From the NCBI GenBank assembly GCA_010909165.1, contig VJWM01000011.1, forward strand, positions 1 through 64,000: a DNA stretch of 64,000 nt, read 5' to 3'. The translations under genes were made by a program, and so were the position numbers. This stretch comes from Anthoceros angustus. Its lineage: Eukaryota; Plantae; Anthocerotophyta. Positions 26,546 through 38,360 of this stretch are shown one piece after another. The notes below the pieces were generated by a model that had not been told where the DNA came from, searched no databases, and saw only the letters and a program-made list of their open reading frames with translations. How positions within the stretch are numbered: position 1 is the first letter of the stretch; every line of letters begins with the position of its first letter.

Positions 26546-29500
26546 AGAGAAGCAGCCTTCACCATCCCAACAACAGTGCAGGTGTAGGAGGAGGCGGAGA
26601 TCAAGAATCTTGATCGAGCCAGTACCAAGCCGTGGTGAGGATGAAGAAACTATCCAGGAAGGCGTGAGTCAAGCTCCTACACGGTGAGAAGGATAGTAAG
26701 GATATCGGGCATTGGTCGGTGACTACATTGCTTATGAACCGGAGAGCCAAAAGGGTAGGACTACCTCGGAGTTGGGAGAAGGTGAAGAAGCGATGTTCAA
26801 GCCCGAGGCGCCTTGGCCCAGACGAGGTTGCAAAGGAAGATCAAGAATCATGGGGCCGGGGCCAAGCCGTGGTGAGGATGAAGAAGCTATCCGGAAGCTG
26901 GTAGTCAAGCTCCTACCTGGTGAGAAGGATAGTAAGGATATCCGGGCATTGGTCAGGCGGCTACAGCTGTTGCGGTATGAACACTGGGAGAGCCAAAAGG
27001 GTAGGACTACCTCAGAGTTGGGAGAAGGTGAAGAAACGATGTTCAAGCCCAGAGCGCAACTGGACAAGGAGTTGCAAAGGAAGATCAAGACCAGCATGTT
27101 CGACGGCAGCACCAACGATGCACAAAGTGTGCATGATTGGCTGGACAAGATGGACAAATATCTTGCCGCCAGTGAGAAGGATGACCTTCGAAAAATTCAG
27201 TTCTGTGTTATGAGCTTGGAAGGGTACGCTTACCGGTGGTGGCGCCAATGGGAGAAGCAAGTGGACTGAGGAATGGAACCCTCCGTATACTCTTGGGGTG
27301 TCTTCAAACAGCTATTTTTCCAACAATTCTTGCTAGTGAACCATGAACTATACCGGTTGAACCATCTTCCGGCAAAGGGCGTACGGGGACTCTTGTGGCG
27401 CCTTCCTCCAACTCACCGAACATGCCACCCGTCGACGAGGAACAAAAAGTCGAGAAGTTCGCCGAGTGAGAGTTCGACATGAGGCGGGGCTCATCAAACC
27501 AATCAAGCACCCTAGGTGAGGCCATGAAGCTGCGATTAACTACGGTACTAATAAGTACAAACATCCAGATGCAGGGGCTTTCAAATCAAGTGGGAAAAGG
27601 CGATGATACTAGACAAAGCGGTGTTCAAGATACTCACCAGCGAGAAATCCGAGAAATGTAGCTTCATGTCGATCACGAACGAACATGGTTCTAAGTCATC
27701 TTCGAGGATTTTATTAATTGGTTGAAGGCGGTAAGACTACCGGGAGCTCGGCTACACCAACCCCTGGCGGACATTCGGTTGACTGAAAAGCGAGAAAGGG
27801 CGAGGGTCCATCCAAGACAATGTGCGGGCATGTTACGGGATCGGTCATGATGCGCCACATGGATCACATTCCCATAAAATTCTTAGTGGGACTAGAAGGG
27901 ACCCGAACTGCTCGTTCTTGGACTCTGGGGCCAGCCATCATTACATATCCAGGGTGGCCGGAGAGAGAGCAGGCCTACAGATCCACAATTCAGGTCAGTT
28001 ATCCAAGATAATTATGGCTCTAGATGGTAGAAACATTAATGAGGAAAAGTGGGCAGATGCAAAACTCACCTTCCCAGGAGGCTACGCAAAGACCACGAGG
28101 TTCGATGTATGCCAGCGCTTTGCCATGATGTCATAGTTGGCAAGCACGGCTAGTATCATTCGAGCCCCGGACATAGGCGGGATAACAACGTAGTCACCTT
28201 GTCGATGGGGGCAAGCAATATGTAATGTCCGGAGAGGCAGCTACGTGACAAGCACTTGTTTGCCGTGTCGACTTTGAATAAAGTCACGATACAGGCAATT
28301 TCGATAGGCTGCTAAAGAGGTGTTGCCCCTAGATGGCACACAGTCGAGGCAGCAAGCGAAGGAAGATGAGGCCAAGTTGCCTGGTGACTTCAAGGAGATG
28401 TTACAAGGTATCTTGACATCTTGGCGAACCCTTGACCTACCTCCCGGCGGACAATTGATCATGGTATCGATCTCTGCGCCATAAACCGTAAGTATCAACC
28501 TTATAGAACTTCAATTCCAAAGCGAAGAGATCAAAAGACAAGTTGATGAATTCTTACAGTGGGTTATCAGGCCGTCATGTCTCCCTTTGGTGCACCCGTC
28601 TGTTGGTGGCAAAACCGGATGGAAATTGGAGGTTATGCATAGATTCGAGGGCTCAATCGAGCCTGATCGAGAAATGTATACGGATGCCTAGAATAGATGA
28701 ATTCTAGACATTTGCATGGGTCAAGCTACTTCACCAAAATCGACCTCGCTCGGTTTCCACCAAATTCGGATCAAGGAGGGTGATGAGTTCAGCAAGCCTT
28801 TCGTACAAGGCATGGCCATTTTTCACGTGATGCCCTTTGGCCTCCTGGCGCCCTAACTACCTTCCATTGCCTCATCTGAGATTTTGAGACCACTCTTGGG
28901 AAAAGGGGTGGAAGTTTTTCTTGTGATATCTTGATATACTCGACCCCAACCCACATTGACTAGTCGGACAAGTATTCACCATGCTTAGGAATAACAAAGG
29001 CTGCCAAGAGCAAGTGTGTCTTCATGAAAAATGAGTGCGAGTACCGGGCCATGTTATCGGCTCGGCGTATTAAGGTTGACCCTAGAAGATCAAAGCTATA
29101 CTAGAATGGCCCCTCCCCAAGACATCACACATTTCGGGGTTCCTTGGTATGGCGAGGTTTTTCATCAGTAGCTTCGTCCGTAACCCGGCAAAATTGCGAT
29201 TGGTTGAAGGAAATTGGTAAGACTACCGTGAGCTAACACACCAACCCCCACAAAAGTGGACATTCTTTAGGATCGAAGAAGCGAGAAACAGAGGGTCCAT
29301 CCGAAGACAATGTGCAGGCATGTTACGGGATCAGTGCAGCCAATGCTTGCCACATGGATCACATTCCCATAAAATTCTTAGTGGGACTAGAAGGGACCAG
29401 AGCCACAGCGTTGCTGGACTCTGGGGCCAGCCATCATTACATATCCAGGGTGGCCGGAGAGAGAGCAGGCCTACAGATCCACAATTCAGGTCAGTTATCC

Positions 29501-32375
29501 AAGATAATTATGGCTCTAGATGGTAGAAACATTAATGAGGAAAAGTGGGCAGATGCAAAACTCACCTTCCCAGGAGGCTACGCAAAGACCCTGAGGTTCA
29601 GTATTATGCCAACGCTTTGCCATGATGTCATAGTTGGCAAGCCACAGCTAGCGTATCATTCGAGCCCCGACATAGATCGGGATAACAACGTAGTCACCTT
29701 GTAAGTAGGGGCAAGCAATATGTAATGTCCGAGAACGCTACGCATAGACAAGCACTTGTTTGCCGTGTCGACTTTGAATAAAGTCACCACATGTACTTCA
29801 GACATAGCTCGGAAAGAGGTGTTGCCCCTAGATGGCACACGAGTCCAGCAGCCAAGCGAAGGAAGATGAGGCCAAGTTGCTGGTGACTTCAAGGAGATGT
29901 TACAAGGTATCTTGACATCTTGGCGAACCCAGACCTACCTCCCGGACAATTGATCATGGTATCGATCTCCGCCGGCCATAAACCGTAAGTATCCAACCTT
30001 ATAGAACTTCAATTCCAAAGCGAAGAGATCAAAAGACAAGTTGATGAATTCTTACAGAGTGGGTTCGTCCACTGCTGTCTCCCTTTGGTGCACTCTGTTG
30101 GTGGCAAAACCGGATGGAAATTGGAGGTTATGCATAGATTACAGAGGGCTCAATCGAGCCACAATCAGAAATGTATACCGGATGCCTAGAATAGATGAAT
30201 TCTAGACCACCAGCATGGGTCAAGCTTCACCAAAATCGACCTCGCTCGGTTTCCACCAAACCGGATCAAGGAGGGTGATGAGTTCAAGACGCCTTCGTAA
30301 GGCATGGCCATTTTGAATCATGATGCCCTTTGGCCTCACCAACTTAGCTACCTTCGTCTCATGCAAGAGATTTTGAGACCACTCTTGGGAAAAGGGGTGG
30401 AAGTTTTTCTTGACGATATCTTGATATAGACCCCACAACCCACATTCAGCTAGTCAGACAAGTATTCACCATGCTTAGGAATAACAAGCTGCTGGCCAAG
30501 CGGAGCAAGTGTGTCTTCATGAAAAATGAGTGCGAGTACCTGGGCCATGTTATCAGCTCCGGGCGTATTAAGGTTGACCCTAGAAAGATCAAAGCTATAC
30601 TAGAATGGCCCCTCCCCCAAGACATCACACAGCTCAGGGGGTTCCTTGGTATGGCAGGTTTTCATCGGCGCTTCATCCGTAACTTCAGCAAAATTGCAGT
30701 TCCGTTGATAGATGCCCTTAAGCAATCAGCCAGTAAAACCCTGCAGCTAGATGCAACCGCCCAGGCAGCATTCGAGGCCTTGAAACAGGCCCTCAGCAGC
30801 GCTCCAGTCCTTGCTATAGCAGATCCTCGTGCACCCTACACAGTTCACACGGATGCATCAGATTTTGCACTAGGTGCAGTTCTATCTCAGAATGGCAAGG
30901 CTATAGCTTTCGAATCGAAGAAGTTACAAGGTGCCCAACTCAACTATGCAGTTCATGACAAGGAAATGCTGTCTATTGTCCATGCACTCAAGGTTTGGCG
31001 ACATTACCTCTTAGGCCAACGGTTTGTATGCAATACCGATCACCACTCGTTACAACATTTCTTCTCACAATCAAACCTCAGCGAGACTAGCGGCGTTGAA
31101 ATTTGAGTATCTCATGAGACTACAACTTTGAAATCAAGTCATGTGAGGCCCTCTAATGTCGTGGCGGATGCTCGGCGAAGGGTGTGCACCATGATGTCCA
31201 ACCAACTAGACACCATCAATTGTTAGGGACGCCATTCTGGACCCCACCATGAACAAGTTATACAAGACACGCTCCTGAGCCAGCGCAATGGGGACACCTC
31301 TGCCTTACACAAGTGTATACAGAGCAGCCTGTATCTACACGCAGGGGCCAGATGATTCCCAAGAACTCAAGAGGTAAAAACGTCCATACTCCATGACTTG
31401 CACGACTCACCTCTTGCAGGTCACTTGGGAATCGACAAGACCTATGCTCGGGTCAAGGAACACTTCTACTGGGACGGCCTCCGCTCAGATTGCATCGGAT
31501 GGGTCCGTTCCTGCATGTCATGCCAGCAAGCCAAGAGTGACCACCAGAAATAGCCAGGTCTTCTCCAACCCCTTCAAATCCCTGTGGATGGCATGTGGAT
31601 GACAGGTGCTGCTGGATCCACCTGTCATCCACAACCCGTTTCTCAGTTTCCAAACAGATTAATCCCGTCGCATATCAATTAGACCTCCCCCTGCGGTGGC
31701 GCATTTGCACATTCCATGTTCTCTCCTCAAACCGGTCATCTTGAGACGCCCGACTTGGTACCCACCTTGCCCAGGCCACTGCCCCATCCAGCCCCTCCCG
31801 GCCCATCTAGCAGTCGTCCCCAACACCTCCGCCATCCACGAACCCATCCGCATCCTTCGGACTCGTGCAGCGTCGGCTCCGCACCCGCCTCGTGACCACC
31901 GCATGGTCGCTGGATAGGTGAGCCTTCGGCGACTACTTGGGAACCCCGCGATCACGCCACCGATTTCCACAACCCCTTCTCGATTTCCAAAGCAGTTAAT
32001 CCGTCGCATATCAATTAGACCTCCCTGCAGGCTGGCGCATTTGCCGCACATTCCATGTTTCTCTCCTCAAACCGGTCATCTTGAGACGCCCTGACTTGGT
32101 ACCCACCCCTTGCCCAGCCACGCTGCCCCCCATCCAGCCCCTCCCCAGCCCATCTAACCCAGTCGTCCCCCCAACACCTCCTGCCATCCACGAACCCATC
32201 CGCATCCTTCAGACTCGTACGCGTCAGCTCCGCACCCGCCTCGTGACCAATTACATGGTCGCCTGGATAGGTGAGCCCGACTCAGCGACTACTTGGGAAC
32301 CCGCCACAGTCTGCCACCGATTTCCACAACTTCGGACATTGATCGATGGCCTGGAGGACCAGGCCCGCTCAAGTG
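26546..32375 (+). pseudogene. Frameshifted gag-pol (gag, protease, RT, RNase H, integrase Zn finger, GPF region, chromodomain) with tandem re-duplications; integrase catalytic core missing
   Basis: FDGSTNDAQSVHDWLDKMDKY...LEGYAYRWW (gag); LLDSGASHHYIS twice; [11 protein letters not shown]; ORF 30471-31106 (RT end and RNase H); HDSPLAGHLGIDKTY...CMSCQQAK; RILQTRTRQLR...YMVAWIGEPDSATTWEP (chromodomain). Confidence 0.9.
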
Positions 32376-32383
32376 GGGGCGAA
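32371..32383 (+). promoter_or_regulatory. Polypurine tract
   Basis: aagtgggggcgaa immediately upstream of the 3' LTR. Confidence 0.75.
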
Positions 32384-32672
32384 TGTCACAAGTGACCCAT
32401 GGCATTTCACCAGCCATGCATTCCCGGCAAGAGTGCTAAGGCGAAGATAGCTTCGGGTACCACCTCCTTCCTAGGTCAAAAACGTGGACATTCTGAAACG
32501 GCGTAGGATACGTAGGCTTCGACATTAACCAGAGGGTAATTAAGTAGTTGAAATGGGGTTCTTGGCAGAACCCCACTCCATGTACAAGAGACCAAGACAC
32601 GTCTGTAAATGCAGCCATTCTCGTGCCCAACTAGAGTTCACGTCAAGCAGTCTTAGGATCGGAGACGTGACA
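32384..32672 (+). repeat. 3' LTR (289 bp)
   Basis: Near-identical to 12847-13135 and followed by the ATGGG target-site duplication. Confidence 0.95.
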
Positions 32673-34362
32673 ATGGGGTTGGCCTCCCCCTTTCTTGTAT
32701 TGTTGCTTTCTCGAGAGGTTTCCTTGCTCGCATAGGGTGTTGGCTAAAAGCGTTGTATAGGGACGCCGAGCGGGAGATGCAGCTTCTTCGACACCGGTGG
32801 TAAGTAGGCCTTTTCACATCCCTGACCACGAAGTTCTTCGGGCGGTTGGTAGTTTTGAAATACGTGATCGTGGGGGCTAGTCCCCCTAGCATGGTGCCCT
32901 TCATTGGGTTTTTCCCCTTTGTTTTTGGGGTGGATGAGTTTTTCCCATCTCTTTTTTATAATAAAGTCTTCTTTTCCTCTATGTTTCTATTGCTTGAGAC
33001 TTATTAATAATTATAATTATATTTCATATTTAATATATAATTTAATCTATATATCTGATTAATATTATAGGTAATCTAATTACTTCCATATCATCATTCT
33101 CAATTGTATGTACAAGTTCGTTGTTACCACCTTGCCCAGTTTACATATAGTTGCCATTTTCTCACATCCATGATTCCATATGCACCATACTGTGGGTGAC
33201 CACCATTCCGTCGAGTCATGATTCATGACTCACTAGAGTCGACCTTGGATAAATATTGTAGTACGGGAGTAAATATACAGTGAACAGATATTCAGGTGTA
33301 ACATGTATCTATTAATTTTATTATTTATTTTTAATATTTTATTATTAATAAAATAATATAATTACGTATTTTATTTACTTAATTATATAAAATAACCTTA
33401 ATAATTGAAGCAGGAAGAAATATATGTAGGAGGCCTAAGTACTTGGTATAATAATATATTTAATTACTTATAATTATATAATATTTTAATCATATAAGTA
33501 TTTTATTTATTATTATACTTTATAATAATAATTTAACTATAATTAAAACTATATTATGATACACAAGTTTTTGTTATGTGTAACAAGGAACACTAATTCC
33601 AAAACCCTTTGAAAATGCGAGGGAGTAAAGCTGGAGGTAACATTTATAAAGGTTCAACATTTATGAAAGACATTTTCATCCAAGGTCGAGTGTACATCCT
33701 CGAGTACATATGCCGGAGGTAACAAAAGAGAGGAAAACTTGAAATTTTAAAATATAAAACCGAGCTCCCATTCGCGCCATCGCATTATTCAAATCGAAAC
33801 CCTATGAGCACCAGCCTATGAAGGATCTGGAAATGGCGTGTGGAAGTAGGGGCTCGCAGGGAAGCTTATGTCTTGCTGCTCTTTCACAAGTTCCGGAGTT
33901 TCAGCCAGTGAGCACCCAGCCTAAAACTCCACAGGTCACCCATGGACGCTAGTGTGCCAGCTGGGTAGGTGTTGTCTGGGCGAATGACTTTTCCCGGTGA
34001 AAAGTGGCATATCTGTGTCCCGCGTCAGCAAGCTTTCCCTCGCTCCCCCGCCATTTCCTCTCTGCACTGACACAATCCTGTGTTGCTCGGGTGCGCTCTC
34101 CTCCACTCCGCGCCGCCATGAGGAGTCTGCGTCACGAGACGCTTGTTGGAGGTAATCTTGCCTTTGGTTCCATGCATTTTGTTTTTCTGTAAATCGAGTC
34201 TGTGTTTGGCTTGGCCTGCATTTGGAGACACAGGCGAATTGAACTAAGTGAGTATTGCTTGCTAGCAGATTGTCGCTCGACGTCGGATTGACGAGCAAGA
34301 GGAAGCAACCTCTTCTTACCTGGCATTGAGCCCGGACAAGAAAAGAATCGACTCCAGGAGCG

Positions 34363-37300
34363 ATGGGAAAGTGCTTCAGTAAAGACGAGAGCAAAGGCTC
34401 CAAGGCTGTTGTCCCAGGGAAGAGAGCGACGAGCCCGCACATCACAGTCCGGGAAGTTCGGGAGGTTCGGAAAGATCCTGCCGTGGCGGAGAAGCCGAGA
34501 GTGGAGACTAATGTGGCAGGAAATGGTCGGAAGTTGGACGCCTCGTTGGTGGAGAAGCCCGCTGAACTGGATAGTTTGGTCGAGGTCCCCGTCCTCCGCG
34601 ACACTGCAGGTCTGTCCGAGAAGAGCCTTGACAGGAATGAAAGCAGAGCTGCAACTCAGCAAGTTGGTGATGTCCAAGACTTGAGGCAAGTGAGTGAGGA
34701 CGTGGCGGTTCTTGATAAGGATGAAGGTGCGGAAAGCAAGGTCGAGGAAGTGTCGTCGGAGGTGGATTCTGGACTACCTGCATCTTTGGACCTTGGCGTG
34801 GGAGTCGTCAATACGCCAGTCGCTGAACTTGCTTCTCCTCCCGAGGTTGTTGCACCGGAGGCTCGCGTTCATGTGCGGCGGCCTTCAATGTCCAGCACGG
34901 AGTTTGCTGGCCACTTCGCTGAGTTTGAGGATTCGGAGGCTAAGGCTGTTGTTATGACTGCCGTCCCGGCTTTGGCAGAGAAGTCACTCCCTGCTCCATA
35001 TGAGTCTGCCGAGCTCAAAGGGGAGGCTACATCTGCTGTGGCTGTGAAGACCAAGCCTGAGGGGGTATGTTCCACTACTTTGCTTTTTAATTCACGATTG
35101 TTGTGGTAGTGTTGTACCTCTAGGATTGTTCTGTGAGCACCAGCAGGCAGTTTAGCGAAGAGATTGTCTTGTCCTTGTCTTTTAACCAGGCTAAACTGAT
35201 GAAGGCCGGACGACCTGCTCTTAAGGATATCAGTGTCAATGCGACTCCTAAGCGCGAGCAGGCTGTCAAGCGGCAGCCTCCTAAATCACCTGTCTTGCAG
35301 AGTATGGAAGCTTTTCCTGGTAAGGTCTTGCTCAAGTGTTTGCAGTTCAGTTTGAGGTTTTTCCTGAATAACAGCAACTGACTATGGCTTCGCTCCTTTT
35401 TTCTGCAGTACCTGGAGCGCAGACAAGGCCCTTCCCTTCTGAAATCAAGAGGTCTCGATCTGCAAAGCGCTCAAGGGATTGGACTGTTCTTCCCGATGAT
35501 GCTTGTTGCAGTGGGGGCTGGACAGATAAGGATAAACATGCTAAGTTGGTGCCCGCAGATGATGCGAGCACTGTCGCCGCCATCACGTCAAATGCCGACA
35601 TCGCTTCAGCTGGTCCAGAGAGCCAGTCGTGCGCTTGCGCATCACTCGAGAACCCTGAGCCATTGCTGTCGGAGGGTGAAAATTCTACATCTTCTACGCT
35701 TGCCGGCACTAACGCCTCTATTGGCACAACTTTTAGTCCAAGAACACCTACTTTTGGGGAGGGCTGGCTGATTACCTCACTTCTTCTGGACCAGGACAAG
35801 GGGAACAAACTTGAATCGAAGGATGTGGGGCCTCCTGAGTTCCCCAGTCTTGACAGCCTAGGTCCTGATGTAGCCGTTGTGGCTGAAGGGAGCTTGGGGA
35901 CTGGGAAAGCTCACCTTGACCAGGAGGAGATAGCAGAGGAGGCTGGCACTGCGGTGGAAGTGACAAGTTCACCCTCCGATCTTGCTGTGGTGAGAGTTCT
36001 CCAGGCTGAAGAAATGAAATCTAAGAGTTCAAGCACATCACCGACGGAAGTAGTACCTGCCAATGTCGAATCATCCTGCAACTCTGAAACCAGCTCTCTA
36101 GTCATGCCCTCTGTGGCATCTGGGACTGATGTTGTATCCGAGCGGAAGGAGCCACATCCTAATGGCCACTCTGACTTGGTTGGCATTCCATTATCGGAGT
36201 CGCTTGTGGAGGGTGGTGAGTTCCATAATACTTCAGCTGCTATAAACTTGCAGACTGGCGGAGGAGTGGTCTCGACAGCTGTTGAAGGTGTACGAACTGG
36301 AGATCTTGATTGTAAGAGCCAGGAAGAAACAGAGGTCGTGCAAGGATTTCCTGGGTCAGCGGGAGTTGTTCCTCAGAATGAGCAGGTAGGTGACGAACTT
36401 GAAACTGGGGATCTAGTCGTCGACCCGAGGTCAAGCACGGTTTCGAAGGATGAACTTGTAGCTGTCGTTACTGTGGAGAGTGCAGAGGAGCAGTTGGACT
36501 CTTGGTTGGCTTTGCCAACAAGTAGGGTGGGCCTCGACGAGGGCATGTTATCGGGCTCATCTGACGTCCGTATGCAGTCCAGTGTTGTGAACCAAGAAGC
36601 TGTGCAGGAAAGGGATAATCCTGAAGCTCTGCCGCAGGGGGAAACGCAGTCTGGTAAAGCTGCCACGATGGCTGATCTACCATTATGGGTCGAGGTTGAA
36701 GTCACACTACCAGAAACAGCTGGTTCTTCCGCCCTAACTGAAGGCTTTGACGCCGAAGAAGCAGTCGAGGTCCTGGTCTCAACTGACAGCAGTGCTGGTT
36801 TGGTTTCTGCCTATGGCAAGACAGGTGCAGAGGACACTCATGAGGTGATAATCCCAAATCACGAAAGCCGCAGCTTTCAGGGAGTGGGTAATTCTGAGGA
36901 ACATTCTAGTACGAAGTCCCCTGGATTGAGTAATGCTGGAGGGATTGTGTCAGAGGGTACTCACTACTACTCTAAGGCCGCGCCTTCTGCTAGGGTGGAC
37001 ACTTCAGCATCCGGAGTGTGCTTGGAGGCTTTTGGGTCTCCCTTCAAGCCTTCAGTGGATGCGATGTCAAGTGAGCCTAGGAACTCGTCACAGGTATCCG
37101 GACACGACTCTCATGACGTGCAGCCCCCAGTGAACGATGCATCCGACGGGTTGATACCCGAGGTAAGGCTCTTCTTGTTATGTTGTTCTCCGCTTCGTGG
37201 TGTCCTCAAGTCACAGATCAAGGTAGGAGGAGGTAACGTTTTATGTGTTTCACTTGCCTTCTCAGGTGCCTGAACAACCTCTGGCTACAACTTCTACTTG

Positions 37301-37850
37301 TGGGAAAGCTCCGAGTATTTCTAGCCAGAATGTCGTCGCCAACCAGAGCCCTTCCGTGTCAAACAAAGGCCCTTCCACGACAGCTTCGGACAACTTCCTA
37401 GTCAAGCCAGCGGCTAGCAAGAAGACCGGCACCTTTCCAGCTATCCCCCGACCTCCGAGGCCCTCCAAGGTCACAGACAGTCAGCTTTCAGAAGCCATCT
37501 CTACCCTCAGTGAGAAGCCTCTTAGGCTGTCCTCCTCGGCTCCCAGTTCCCCTCAGAGTGCAATCTTCGACCTGAGCCAGTACTCCCTCCCATCCACCCC
37601 CGGAGACTCCAATGCCCGTCGGTCTTCCGTAGACTCGAGGGGTTCAGAAGGTCCTATTTTCGACCTGAGCCAGTTCTCGCTGCCTTCCACCCCTCTTTCC
37701 ATGTCCAATAGATCAACCCCAATGTCACAGCCTTCCACCCCTATGAGGATAGGCCACGCCAACGCCATTGCCTTGACAGCCGAGGAGATCGCCGAGATCT
37801 GGGGCGCATTTGAACAAGGGACTCGGGCCAGCTCCCCGGCTCCAGTGTAG
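34363..37850 (+). CDS. Uncharacterised ~1050-aa low-complexity S/E/V/A-rich protein with an N-terminal MGKCFSK acylation-type motif; 4 exons (34363-35064, 35190-35319, 35409-37162, 37266-37850)
   Basis: Long ORFs are joined in frame by GT-AG introns with compatible phases (0, 1, 0). No folded domain was recognised. Confidence 0.7.
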
Positions 37851-38360
37851 TTTAAGATGCAACATTGCAGGTACATTTGCAGTTGCCTTTTGGTAAAACC
37901 TACACAAATTCCAAAATGATTGAGAAGTATCATATGCCGCTCACCAATAGCGTGCCAGCCTCGGCCACTCCCGTAATCTATGCAATCTAACCAAAAGACG
38001 AAAGCCCAGACATCCGCGTGTCACGGCGAGGGCCTTGCGATTAATCTTTCCGTCCCGCTGACGTGGCCTGGCCTTATCCATGTGAGCTCCCGGTATTTGG
38101 ATGCCGTGTGAAACCCAACATGATATTCCAAATGCAGCGTGTACCGATCCGAAGTAGCGGCTGAAATCGCGAAACGATCCGCTATTGCGACGGTGATGAA
38201 GTTTCGCCTTCAGTGCCTCGCGGCGAAACTGGGAGGCGAAACCGTCTCTTGACGCCCCTTTATATTGACCTGCGTCCATCTACCGTTGGTCACATCTTCT
38301 CTTGGTGCTTGCTGCCTTTCGCCGACTGACAAGCAGGGTGGTGAGCTCGGGGCTGCCGCC

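Larger units (their letters stand above)
12847..32672 (+). mobile_element. Structurally complete Ty3/gypsy chromovirus-type LTR retrotransposon (19,826 bp including a nested 12.4-kb DNA transposon); coding region disrupted
   Basis: Two 289-bp TG...CA LTRs, a 5-bp target-site duplication ATGGG (12842-12846, 32673-32677), a PBS and a PPT. Gag, protease (LLDSGASHHYI), RT, RNase H (HTDASDFALGAVL...DKEMLSIV), integrase Zn finger, GPF region and chromodomain remnants occur in gypsy order. Confidence 0.95.
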
